Source of the DNA: Tubiluchus corallicola | Taxonomy: Eukaryota; Animalia; Priapulida | Direction: 5' to 3' | Assembly: GCA_030141605.1 (NCBI GenBank) | Contig: JAQGDQ010000587.1 | Coordinates: forward strand, 1-64,000 | Length of the DNA: 64,000 nt | Part shown: positions 1-11,863 of the stretch, in pieces | Layout of the letters: the number at the start of each line of letters is the position of its first letter | How positions within the stretch are numbered: the first letter of the stretch is position 1 | The notes under the pieces: generated by a model | Databases searched by the model: none | Told to the model about the DNA's origin: nothing | Seen by the model: the letters and a program-made list of their open reading frames with translations, nothing else | Program-made: the position numbers and the translations under genes

Positions 1-276
1 TCACTGTCCTTGTTGTTGTTGATCTTCTTTTTCTTCTTCCCATACTATTTCTTGTACAACATGTACATCTACATGCGCATACGCTAAACTAAAAATATAA
101 TCGTTAACAATGAAAACGTTATGAAAATTTATGCATGTTCTATTGAAGATGATTATCAGCAATTATCAGCAGCTATGTGTGGAATAGTCAAGGATTGTGT
201 CAGTCATCATTCTCGGAAAGAACAGCCAATAATAATGTGAGGTGATGACTCATATTAAAAGAAGAGTTAATATTAA

Positions 277-877
277 AGGATGATGATGATTTTCTATATA
301 TTACCCCATTTTCAAGTATACATTTTAACCTAATTAGCCTAATACTTAAAGGCGCTTCTGATAATTAAACAAAGTGTTAAAAACTTAGTTAACGATGGGC
401 GAGTCCAACTAGTGATTACGTTACAAACGAACACAATCTTCAACAGCATATATATTCTACTGCAGGTGTTTGTGAAAGCGAAAATTGAACGACAGTGCTA
501 CTGCACAACATTCAGTGTAATCTCAGCAAATCTCAGCAAATTCTGAGATAAAAATTGAAATTTTAAATTTACCGTTGTACACACGCATACGCTGCTGAAC
601 GTTTGTAGTTCGCCACAAATTAACACATCTGAAGTCAGAGGTACAGCAACTGTTTTTTGTGCAATGCGTTTCCGAAATGCAGACGTTAAGGCCCGACTAA
701 CTAGCGAATGGCGAGATACATGTAACAGCGAAGAACTAGTGGCACGAACATGAAATTGTGTTTGTGTGGTAATAATTCTTTCACGTAAGTCATTTTTGAA
801 AAAATAGTATGCTTCCTTTCAATATTTTAAAGAGTAGAATGTTTTGACTACAGTTGAAGATTGGGTCCGGTTCTGCT
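277..877 (+). mobile_element. Non-autonomous TTAA-flanked DNA transposon, family A (Kolobok-like MITE), copy 1
   Basis: About 600 bp, similar by eye to six other copies in the window. Bounded by TTAA (273-276, 878-881) with AGG...GCT termini. TTAA TSD plus 5'-RR...YY-3' ends fits the Kolobok superfamily. Confidence 0.7.
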
Positions 878-1004
878 TTAACAAAAAGCGAATGCATGAA
901 GAATATCCTGCAAGTGCATGAGTGTAGCAGTTCCAGTGAGGAGTGTACCAAATTTTTTATACTTATTTGTACACGAACTTGGAGCTCACACAGCGGCGAC
1001 TCAC

Positions 1005-1056
1005 CTGCAAAGGCGCAAGCTACACTGCCTTGACACTCTACTCTTTCTTCATAAAG
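1005..1056 (-). other. Candidate orphan exon of a minus-strand gene (LYEERVECQGSVACAFA)
   Basis: Acceptor aattttcag and strong donor GCAG|gtgagt. One open frame, in unique sequence between two MITEs. No homology recognised. Confidence 0.25.
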
Positions 1057-1151
1057 CTGAAAATTTGTCCAGTAATTAAACATGCCAGGTGTTATCCGAA
1101 TATACTTAAAAATTCATTTGCGTTTCCACTTTTGTTTTCCGAAATGTTTAA

Positions 1152-1748
1152 AGCAAGATAGGACGATTTTTTGTATTCTACCCCATTTTGAAGTGCGCGT
1201 TAAATGTGTGCATTTTAACACAAATAATAATGCAAAAGCATTCCTTATAATTAAATAACGGGTTAAAAACTTAATTAACGATGGTCGAGCCCAGCTAGTG
1301 ATGACGTCACAAACGAACACTATCTTCCAGAGCACAAATATTCCACGAGCGTGTTGCAGGTGTTTTGTGAAAGCGAAAATTGAACTACAGTGCTACTGTA
1401 CAACATTCAGTGTAAATATACGCAAACTCAGCAAATTTTAAGATAAAAGTTGAAATTCTGAATTTTCGTGTTTATTACGCCACAAACGAAGAACAGCTCA
1501 GCACTGAAAGGTACGGCACCCGTTTTTTCTGCAACGTGTTTCCGAAGTGCAGGCGCTAGCGCCCGTCTAACTAACGAACGGCAAAATGCATGTAACGGCG
1601 AAGAGCTAGTCGCGGGAACACGAAATTACTTGTGCGTGGTATTAATTCTTTCACGTAAGTCATTCTCGAAAAAAGTATATATTTGCTTTCAGTATTTTAA
1701 AGAGTAAATTGTTTTGACCTACAGTTTTAGATTGGATCCGATATTCCT
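1152..1748 (+). mobile_element. Family A Kolobok-like MITE, copy 2
   Basis: TTAA|agcaagataggacg...ccgatattcct|TTAA. Collinear with copy 1. Confidence 0.75.
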
Positions 1749-2089
1749 TTAATAATGGCTTCTTATTTCATTTCGTTGCCAACGTTCTTTTTTCTTTGAT
1801 TTCGCTTTCCCTTTTCATTCCCGTTTTCACACAGGCCGTTTTGGCGCTATTTCAGAAATAAAGAGAAGCCTGAGAACACCCCTTCAGCAAAGTAGAATAA
1901 AAAATAGTTGTACGCAAAGTAACTGTCAGTGAAAACTGATTGGCAAAGTTCAGTGTTTCAATGTGTCAGTCTTTTGTATGTCATTCCCTTGAAAGACCGC
2001 ATAGTAAGTCAGTGGATTAAATACATTGACGAAAATCAGGATCAGTCTGATATCGTTAAATTTGAATTGCACGTTCAAAATTCATTGTC

Positions 2090-2650
2090 GAGAATGACCG
2101 TGTTTTGAATGAACGTGTGTATGGAGAGTGACAGTATTTCGAATGACAGTGTGAACGGAGAATGACATTGGTTTGAATGACAGTGTGAATGGAGAATGGC
2201 AGTGTTTTAAATGATCGTGTGGATAGAGAATGACAGTGTTTTGAATGACCGTTTGGATGGAGAATGAGAGCACTTTGAATGACAGTGTGGATGGAGAATG
2301 ACAGTGTATTGAATGACCGTGTGGATGGAGAATGAGAGTACTTTGAATGACCGTGTGAACGGAGAATGAGAGTGTTTGAATGACCGTGTGAACGGAGAGT
2401 GAGAGTGTTTGAATGACAGTGTGGACGGAGAATGAGAGTGTTTGAATGACAGTGTGGACGGAGAATGAGAGTGTTTGAATGATCGTGTGAACGGAGAACG
2501 CAGCTTTTTGAATGATCATGTGGATGGAAAACAATAGTGTTTTGAATGATCGTGTGGACGGAGAATGACAGTATTTTGAATGACAGTGTAGAGAGAGAAT
2601 GACAGTATTTTGAATGACAGTGTAGAGAGAGAATGACAGTATTTTGACAT
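2090..2650. repeat. Minisatellite, ~32-33 bp unit (gaatgacagtgtttgaatgaccgtgtggacgga variants)
   Basis: Directly visible tandem units. They explain the repetitive spurious ORFs 2056-2793 and 2082-2534. Confidence 0.9.
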
Positions 2651-3416
2651 GTGGAAGGCATAATAGAAAGTATCACATTTGACGAAATTAAATATATGTT
2701 AGAATTATAGGCTGAAGAGCCACTTGGTCTGCTGTAACTGGATCTGTATACCCAATAAATACTGCCTCCGTAATGAAACCGTAACATTTCCACATAACTG
2801 GCATTGAATTATCTAAGCATCAAATTATCCTTGTTCCATGTTCCCAGCACTTTCTCACAGAACTTCATTGACTCATAGACCTCTTTGAGTCATTCTATCA
2901 TCGCCCTCTTCTGAGCTCTTAGCAATCTCTGTCTTATCTCTTCGAGTCTAAATAAACTTTCCAATTCACTTTCTGTTTTGCTGATCCTTATCCGTTCTTC
3001 GCTAACATCATTTTCACCAGTCTATAAACATTCTTCAACTCTTCCAAGAGAACATAAATAGCCGAGATCTGTGCTGTATATTCATATGCTCTATAATTAT
3101 GTATTACATTTATATTTTATTGGGTAATTACAGTTACAATTACAATTCACATTATACACACACTGATTACAAAGATATAATTCTATACATATATAACGCT
3201 GTAAAATCATATACTAAGAATACAATATTACAAGTCAAATTCAATAAAATAAACTAAAGACAGAACATCAAACTTTGATGTATAAACCCAATGATACAAC
3301 ATAAATTTACATAACCACAAATTTAATGTAGTTTCATACACATATAGTATTTAATTTAGATAAGTGATGTTATATATATATATATATATATATATACAGT
3401 TCGTTTTTTATTGTAA

Positions 3417-4100
3417 TTACATCCTAGAACTGAAACATTTTAAAACAAAATTACAAGCAATTTGGAGAATTTCCGAATCGTTTGAGCCTAATAATAATAA
3501 TTTAAGTTTGTCATAATCTGATAAATAAGTAAAGTTTGGATATAGAGAGCTAATATCTGTGTAAAGAGTGTTTCTTAGTCGCTCATATCTGCTACAGTGG
3601 AAGAGCAAATGTTCCGTCTTCTATTTCTGCTTCATTTGGGTCGCATTGTGTACTGTATCTTTCACAGTCTGGGATTTTATTAGGTTTATGATGTCTACCG
3701 GTTTCTCTTGCAAGTGTGTGGGAGTCTAATACGTAGTTTCGTGAAAGCAATTTTAGCATTGCGAGTAATAGTATTAATTTGTAAATAATTTTCTAATTCG
3801 TAGCATTCTTTAACTTTGCAGTAGGTTCTTAATTTGTTTCCATCGTTGTTATTAGTGCTGTGTGTTTCGTTACTGTCTTCTTTCCACATTTTCAAATATA
3901 TATTTTGGAGTTTCTGTTTAACGCTGTATAGTAAGCGTTTGTTGCTTACAGTTCCTTGGTTTTCCCTATACATGATCGAAACCTGTTAAGCTCTATGCAC
4001 CTTTCACAAATTTTCCCAGCTGATTATATTACTGTCTGATTGACTTAAAGACTCTGAATAAATCTGTTTAATTGTTATGCTCATAATATGCTGATAATAA
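3417..4100 (-). mobile_element. Decayed 3' end of a non-LTR retrotransposon (CR1/L2-group, C-terminal CCHC region)
   Basis: Frameshifted minus-strand translation: KLRTYCKVKECYELENYL...FTKLRI...ETGRH...EHLLFHC..Y..LR. Followed by a (TA)n run near 3372-3396. Confidence 0.7.
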
Positions 4101-4134
4101 TTTACCAACTGACACACCATGCTCGTAAGTAATA

Positions 4135-4518
4135 CAGTAACATAGGGGCCCGTGTTATGACCTTTTGAGGCTCCTAGGCTAATGAAATTATGGGGCCCTA
4201 CAGACGGAGCTACCCTCTAATTTGTTCGCACTCGTCTTGAATATTTTTACTTGTGATAATTTGCATAATTGGGGCCCAATCTTGTAAATAAAGGGCTTTA
4301 AAGAGGGGCCTTTATCTCAAATAAAGGGCCTCAATCAACTCCCCTTTGTCTAAAACAAAAGGCCTCAAACAGGGATCCTTTATCTTAATAAGCAGCCACT
4401 TTAAAATTAGATTTTCAGACTTTCTGGCCTCCTTTTTAAGGCCAGTAATGGAAAATGTGCCCCCCTCCCCCAAGTGTGAAGGACGTTAGGCTGCAGCCTA
4501 TACTATGATCCAGCCCTG
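4135..4518. mobile_element. hAT-like non-autonomous element remnant
   Basis: Repeated GGGGCCC subterminal motifs. Right end gatccagccctg is typical of CAG...CTG hAT MITEs. Left end unclear. Confidence 0.4.
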
Positions 4519-4903
4519 GGTAATACCTCAAAATAAGATAGGAGCTATATGCTGATATAGTAGAACGAACACGCTGTATATAGAGCGCTCCTTGCACATT
4601 TTAAAGTAAATTTCCTCTTATGAGGCGTTTGTTGTAGATGGAAGCTCAATTTAGTAGTTATTTTGAAAACTCATTAATTTACTATTAGCTATTATTATTT
4701 TTTAAGCTTAATTGCTCATTGCAACACTGCTGAACACTATTCTCGTGTTAACGAGTTAAGTCAAATTACTTGAATATCTGTTCGTCTCTTGTAGTTTTGT
4801 ACAGCTGAGCTTATCGATTTGTTATGTCAGGGGTTGGCTGCATTCCATTCAAGCTTTGTCAATAGATGGCACCACGCGACTAAGCTCAACTGAAACTGGA
4901 AAC

Positions 4904-7900
4904 ATGGAGAAAAAGTATGTTTTCGTGGTTTTTACGAAAAATGTTTATTTGTTTAGTGAGCATTATCATCTGTTACAAAAACTATTTTGTTTTTACAGAG
5001 GAAACAAATCTAATAAGGCATTCAAACCGAAGAAAACCATCCCCGAGGGTACACACCAGTATGACTTGATGAAGCAAGCGGCAGCCACTCTCGGCAGTGG
5101 GGATTTAAGATTTGCTGTCATGTTACCAGAGGGCGAGGATTTAAACGAATGGGTGGCTGTAAACAGTAAGTGATTTTTGTAAACACTACCGTGCCTGTAG
5201 GCTTTCCGTGGTTTTGTGATGAAGAACTTGTCAAAATGAATTGGTGGTCAGTAATTTTTAAAGCACAAGCCTCTTGTCGAAGTATCTTTTGATAGTTTGT
5301 TTGCCAGAACTTCTTCTGAGGCTGACAAAGCACGGCTTTTAGCAATATCTTCTAGGCATGCTAGTGCATGGCTCGAAACTATACTTTTCGAAAGGAAATT
5401 GCGTGTTTTTGCATTTTATTAATAACAGTCATTTTACATTTGTCTTTGACAATGTTTTTGCACCCTCTCTGTACTCTGCAGTGTTTCGTGATTGCTGTGA
5501 TGCATTTCATTGAAACGTGTTAGTTGTGCATAGCTGTTAGTTTAGCCAATGCTGAAGTGTTATACTTGCCGTCATTGCAGAAATGCTTTACTCTTGTTTA
5601 TTGCAAATATTTCCAGTGCAGTTACTGTCATAGGTTTAAAGCTGTGCTTTCTGTGTTTCCTGATTTCACACAATAAAGTTTGATGCTAATTTTTCGGCCA
5701 TATTGACTACATAGTGACATGGAAAACTTTTCTCAGGCTTGTGACCCTTATCCAGTAAATGTATTGTGAGCATAATATATTTGGAGTGCAGATAAATACT
5801 AAAATATTTAGTAAGTCAGTGAGTTAGTGGGTTGTTCATTTGTCATTTCGTAAGCAAATTATTCGGTCATTGAACCAATGCAAGTAAATTAAGTTAGCCC
5901 ATCAGTTCAGTCAGTTAGCTATTAGATTGGTCATCGTCTTACCCAGTTTTTCATTCTTGTCAACTCGTTTGTCCATCGGTTTGTCAAACAGCCACTCTGG
6001 CAGTTTCTCAGTAAGTCAATGAATGATTAAAATGTCAAGCAGCCAGTTTGTCATTTATTCAAACAGGTTGACATGTCAATCAATTTTAACATTAGAATGA
6101 GGTGTTCAGTGTGTTAGTCAGTCAGTCTCTCAGTTTGTGAGCTAATCAAACAGTCAATCTGTCAGTCAATCACATCAGTGTATCATGTAGTGAGTCAGCC
6201 AGTAAGTTAGTCATTCATTTACCCATTATGTCAGTTATGGTGGCAGTAAATATGTAAATCAGTGAGCCAGTGAGTTGGTTAGTTACTCAGTCAACCAAGA
6301 AGATGGTTAGTTAGTCAGTGCATTAGGGCAGGCAGCAAGTAGGTATGCAGTTAAGCAGTCAGTAAATCAGTAGTAGCAGCAGCAGCAGCAGCAGCAGTAA
6401 ATCTCTAGTAGTTATAATATAACTTTTGAGACAAATAGTTCTTCGACTGTGGTTGCGACAAATTGCACATATAATAGATTGTCGTCAAGACATAGGTGAC
6501 TCCACTGGCAAGTTTTCTCACTATAATATATAATCCAGCATCCTTGTTATAGGTATGTTCCAATTAGCACGGTGATTAAATTTCAATGGATGATGTTCAT
6601 AGTGTCTATCTAATTTTGATTTAAATAAATTTACAGATGTTGCTGTTCTCACATCACAGGGCAAATATGTGCTGATACAGCTTCATATTTGTAACTTTCA
6701 GTATTAGCAATTCTCACAGCCAACTGTTAAGCTATTAAAATCTGTCAAGTTATTATTTGAGTGGTCATGTGTGGTACTGATTAATACTGTATTTTTTGCA
6801 GCGGTAGATTTCTTCAATCAAATCAACATGTTGTATGGAACAATCACTGAATTCTGTACACCAGAGACGTGTCCCGTCATGAGCGCAGGTATGCCCGTTA
6901 AATCTTCTCTTAAAATCAAATATTTACAATTTTTACCCCTAAATGTCCATAAATGAAAACAGCACTACAAACTTGGAGAATTCTTGAATGAATCAATGCA
7001 TGCTGATTTATCCTTCTCTGAGCCACAGAACCATGCGAGGCGGTACAGCCACATGTGGATGTAAGTGTAGGAAGTAAAACAGGTCATAATTGGCATGGAG
7101 AGCGAAACGATCAACCTCCTATGCTGGCACAAGTCATTCATTCATGCAAAACATGCGTACATATCCACTCTGCCATGAAACCCACCACACTGTGAAGTGC
7201 AAAAGTACAGTATAACAGTCTAGTGAACCTACCAGGCTCTCAGAAAAAGTATTTTATAATCGGAGTATTCTATAAGCACACATGGTTAGCAGTATGTATA
7301 TGACTAATATATAAAAGTGTATAAATAATGTACACAATGTGTGGCTTCGTGGAGGCTGTAAACCAGGGCTTCATGGAGGATGTAAACTGGGACTATGGAG
7401 TCAGAGTACCTAAAACTTAGGGTTTTAGAGTCGGGACTCAGGAGTACACTTATTATTAGAGGAGTCGGTGTTTGAGTCGGTCAAATTAGACGAACTCAAA
7501 CTCCAGTTACTTTTAACGTCCCATTTTTGACGCTTTCGTATTGGCATCTATGCAGCTAGACTGTTTTTCGAGCATTAGAAGTAGTGATGAAATGCCACTG
7601 TGGTTAAATATTGAGAATACTACAAACTATTACTTAAAGGCAGGGATCGGAATTGGGGCATCGGATCTAAAATTTGAGGATACGGTCTCTGAGTCGGATT
7701 TCTAAAATTGTAGGAGTTGGGAGTTTAATGTACTGACTCCACATACAAAGTACTTTAGAAGATTCTATCAACTTCTTTGCAGTTTGTTCAAATGCAATGA
7801 AATATATTTTGTTGGTTCTCAGTAAACTAAAAATTAATGAATATTTCACATGAAATTGTCTGTACGCTGTACATGTTCAGTTTTAAATTTACGTGACGTG

Positions 7901-10900
7901 TGTTCAGTAAAGTTAATGAGATTCAAAAAACTCAAATGTTTGCACAAAATGTCTGTTTGTTCTTTGTACAAAACTTTTTGCAGTAGGATTCATTATTTGA
8001 TGAAACATCTCAGCATTGAGCTGCCAGTTTGCATCTGTAAAATAGCTGGTTGCCATGCTGCTCAGTGACTCTGAAGTACTCATTTTAACACCTATAATAG
8101 TGCCAAAGTGTTTCTAATAATTAACGAATAAGTTGAAAAAGATTTTATTAATGGCGTAACTAGTACTGACATCACAAACGAACGTGATTTTCAACTGCAT
8201 AAACATTCCATGAGCGTATTGCATGTGTTTGCAAAAGCGAAAATTGAAGTTTAGGGCTACTATACAATATGCACTGTGATAAAATTCAACAAATTTCAAG
8301 TTTAATATTCATATTTCAAGTTTTACTGCTGTGCTCATTCATGAGCTCTGTAATGTGTGCACTACATCACAACCAAACACCTCTGAATTGAGAGGTACAG
8401 CACCTGTTTTTTATGCAATGTTTACGAAATGCAGGCACTAGTGCCCATCTAACTACCAAGTGGAAAAATGCATGTAACAGCCAAAAACTAGACGTGCACA
8501 TCCAAAATTTGATTTCTGTGGTAATAATTCTTTCATGTAGGTCATTCTTGAAAAAATAAACTGTTCCCTTTCAATATTTTGTAGGGTAGATTGCTTTAAG
8601 TCATAGTTTAAGATGTAATTTGGTTTTCCTTTTAAAACGGTTAATTATCAAAACGGTTTGTATAATTTTTCATCTAGGTCCGAAATACGAATATCACTGG
8701 GCAGATGGCACCACCGTCAAGAAACCCATCAAATGTTCTGCACCGAAATACATTGACTACCTCATGACTTGGGTTCAAGACCAATTGGAGGACGAACAAC
8801 TCTTTCCATCGAAAATAGGTACCTCAGATTAAATTTATTAAATTCTTCATAACAAGAACAATATCCGTTTCATAATCAACCCGCTGCATTTTGTTACATT
8901 TTTGTTAGAAAAATTGAACGTTTCTAGTTCTACATTCTACTCTATATTTGCAGGGGTTCCATTTCCAAAGAATTTTCTCACTTGTGCAAAGACGATCTTA
9001 AAGCGTTTGTTCCGCGTGTATGCTCACATCTACCATCAGCACTTTGGCGAAGTGGTGCAGCTCGGAGAGGAGGCACATCTGAACACATCTTTCAAACATT
9101 TCATCTTTTTTGTTCAGGTAAGTACAACCTGCATCTGCTGTCGCCTCAGAAGCAGCAGTAGGTTTAGTAACTTTTCTGTAGGATTCTATTTCTTTTGTTA
9201 GATAAGATAAGAAATGATGTTTACTGAGGGATAATTTACTGAGCAAAGCTCGTGATTGATGCACGCTTTGCAAACAGTATTCAGGCTGATAGCAAAAAAC
9301 ACATATTTTGTACAAAAACACAGTTCAAAAAGCAGTTCAAAAAGATGAAATTTAAAAAGCACAATACAATTAATTAGAATAAGACTCTTGATAAAAAGCT
9401 TTAAGATGACCCTTGAACAAATTAATATTGCTACTGCTCTTTAATTTTGTTGACAAAGAATTCCATACTTTAGACCCCCCGTAGTTTAAAGATTTTTGTC
9501 CAGCTTGTGTTCGGCATAACATTATTTGTAATATATTTCTTCCGGCTAAACGGGTTCGATACTAATGGAAATATTCAAAAATAAAGTATTTTTAAAAGAC
9601 ACTTTTTTGCTAACACTTAAAGAGCTTGTTCCTGTTGATTAATGGTTGTTTATTAGAATATAAGAAAATTTCCCCAATTACTATCACTTTGTCCAGCACA
9701 AACCTTATAATTTATTTTTCGTTGCATTAATTATCTAAGTTGCATATTTATGAAAAAGTTACTGCATTGCTGAAACAATTGCATAACGAATGTTTTACTT
9801 CCACACAAAGCGTAGCAAAACTTCTTGACAGCAGTATCAGGGTAACAGCTGTATGTCTGTTATCAGTGGGTTGTTACTCAGATAAATTCGTTAACACTGA
9901 CCATAACAGCCGTTTACAAGCGGGCAAACAAGGCAAACCCTTTGCATTCAAACTAACAACACAGCTGGGCTTCCATGTAAATGGTTTCCCTTGTGGCAGG
10001 TTACGCAAGATCAAAGAATCACTAAACGAATTTTATTTAAAGGCAAGGACAAGTCACATAGCGTGTTGGGTTTATTTTACTATTACCCTTTAAACGTTGA
10101 AGAATGTAACAAAGAACTTTGCAAAAAAAACTGCTCTATAAAACATAAAGTTAATTTATACTTTGCAGTAGCCGCAGTTCAGTTGAAAATTGTTACTTAA
10201 GAATAATTGGTGTACAGTGTTCCCTCACTTATCGCGGGTGTTCCGTTCCAGGCCCACCCGCAATAAGTGAATATGTTTGATATTTTCTATGGGTTTCTAC
10301 TCCTCACACAATGCATTATCATGACATATTATATATGAATTGCATCTGCTTAGCTTAGACTAATTAAAAATCAATTTTTGTCCATCAAAAATTGAAAAAG
10401 CTTTCAGTAGCCGCAGTGTTTGCACCATAGCAATGTACTGTATCACTTGTGTGAAATTGGCTAAAGCAGAAAATTTCAACTATCCAGACACAACACTCTG
10501 ATACACTTTGATCGCAAACCTACTCTATTTTTAATGAGAAATTCCTGTTAAAAGATTAACTGACCTTAATTTCTCCTTGGCTGAGCGGTTGGTTTTTTCT
10601 GGGACTCTGCACAGCAGATGGCGATCGATAAATTAGTGCGATCGCGCAAGTGTGTATGCACCAGACTAAGCTACTCAATAGGTTAAGTTGCAGTGCCTTA
10701 ATTTTAACCAATTAAATCAGTTTTAAATGTCTAAACAAATAGCGTGATTGGATAGCCGATATTCTCTTGAATTGAACAGTAACCGTTATAATTGTAATCA
10801 TTTGGTTATGTCTGTGCTCTTACAGTTGCGGAAAGTAAGTCTTATAAGACCTGTTTTGAATTATGTGGTCCTGAAGGAGTTAAGATTAACTGAGAAACTA

Positions 10901-11133
10901 AGTTAAAGTTAGAGTTTTGCTTACCAGTATTTGATGAGCCTCGCCTTACCGCCAACTCAGTTGTGCCCAGACCTGGCGTTATAGCCATGTTTGACCGTAT
11001 TTTGCTTTTGTCAAAGCATAACTTGATACAGTATTGTATCCTTGCATTCATCTAGGAATTCAACCTGATTGATCGGAGAGAATTGGCGCCTCTACAAGAG
11101 CTCACCGACAAACTCACAAACAAGGACAGATGA
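4904..11133 (+). CDS. MOB1: MOB kinase activator 1 (Mats/MOB1), Hippo pathway; 6 coding exons
   Basis: Exons 4904-4914, 4999-5165, 6802-6888, 8678-8818, 8954-9117, 11056-11133, all GT-AG with compatible phases. Protein: [78 protein letters not shown]...YEYHWADG...[15 protein letters not shown]...[25 protein letters not shown], near-identical to animal MOB1. Exon 1 is the least certain part. Confidence 0.96.
5810..6400. repeat. Degenerate (TCAG/TTAG)n low-complexity tract ending in (AGC)n
   Basis: agtcagtc/agttagt motifs in MOB1 intron 2, with a (cag)n run near 6376-6397. Confidence 0.7.
7340..7745. mobile_element. hAT-like MITE with GGAGTCGG subterminal repeats
   Basis: cagggct...ggagtc(a/g)g repeats ending in tgactccac, a pattern common in non-autonomous hAT elements. 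Degenerate. Confidence 0.45.
8080..8635 (+). mobile_element. Family A Kolobok-like MITE, copy 3 (5' degenerate)
   Basis: Same internal blocks as copies 1 and 2 (tgacatcacaaacgaac, aaagcgaaaattgaa, gagaggtacagcacc). Ends tttccttTTAA. Confidence 0.7.
10270..10879 (-). mobile_element. piggyBac-like MITE, truncated copy (inverse of 43392-44111)
   Basis: Ends gtcctgaaggag|TTAA. Interior is the reverse complement of the 43392-44111 copy. Left side abuts a pogo/Tigger-like end (tacagtgttccctcacttatcgcggg, ~10213-10272). Confidence 0.65.
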
Positions 11134-11374
11134 AGAACTTACATCATAGAAATGTTTGTTACGAGTTGCATTAAGATATTTAAGCACCCGGTGACTTGTA
11201 TTGTGAAGTTCTCAGAAGCCAATATCCAGCGCCAGAATTTCGTTATGTTTTGTCACAAACTAAGCATATCCTTGAGAATCCAGTTCTAAATTACATCTAG
11301 TTCAAGTACAATGAATTATAATTATTGAAACAGTGGAGAATTATAAGCTGTAGTTTGTAATTGACAAAAGAGCA

Positions 11375-11863
11375 AGGGGCCCGCCAAAATAAAATATAGA
11401 AAAAAGTTTTTTTTTCAAAAGTCAGTCACTATATTTCAAATCGGGTTTACACAAATCAAGTTTACACAATTCACGTTTACACAGTTTAAGTTTAAGTTCA
11501 AAATTTCAGTTTCCGAACTTTTCTGGGGGCAAAGTCAGTTATAATTTCTGAAAAGTCCATTTTTTTCAACATATCTGACTCAATATGCATCAGTGATAAA
11601 TTGTTTAATTTGTCATCCTTTAGAGATGACCGTAAATAAGTTTTTATCCTTTTCAGAGCAGAGAATGATCGTTCCCCACTGCAGTTTGAAACCATCATAC
11701 ACAAGTACATTCTAACACATATGTAAACAAAAACTCACAAAATTAAACAAACTTACAAACGACGAGAGCTCCACAAAAACACGTCAGCTCAGCAGTGTAG
11801 CAACATTTAAAAGGCCCGATCCAAGCTCAAGCCTAAGGCCCATAAAATCATAATCCGCCGCTG
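11375..11863 (-). mobile_element. hAT transposon remnant with C-terminal dimerisation domain, in the MOB1 3' region
   Basis: ORF 11498-11710 (MVSNCSGERSFSALKRIKTYLRSSL..DKLNNLSLMHIE) is the hATC motif. Flanking end taatccgccgctg. Confidence 0.8.

Noticed and set aside
1961-2010. ATGTCATTCCCT...CATA|gtaagt as a canonical MSFxF first exon of MOB1
   Set aside because: There is an in-frame TGA after MSFP. At most this is a non-coding 5' exon.
2056-2793. 245-aa and 150-aa His/Ser-rich ORFs
   Set aside because: They are translations of a ~33-bp minisatellite.
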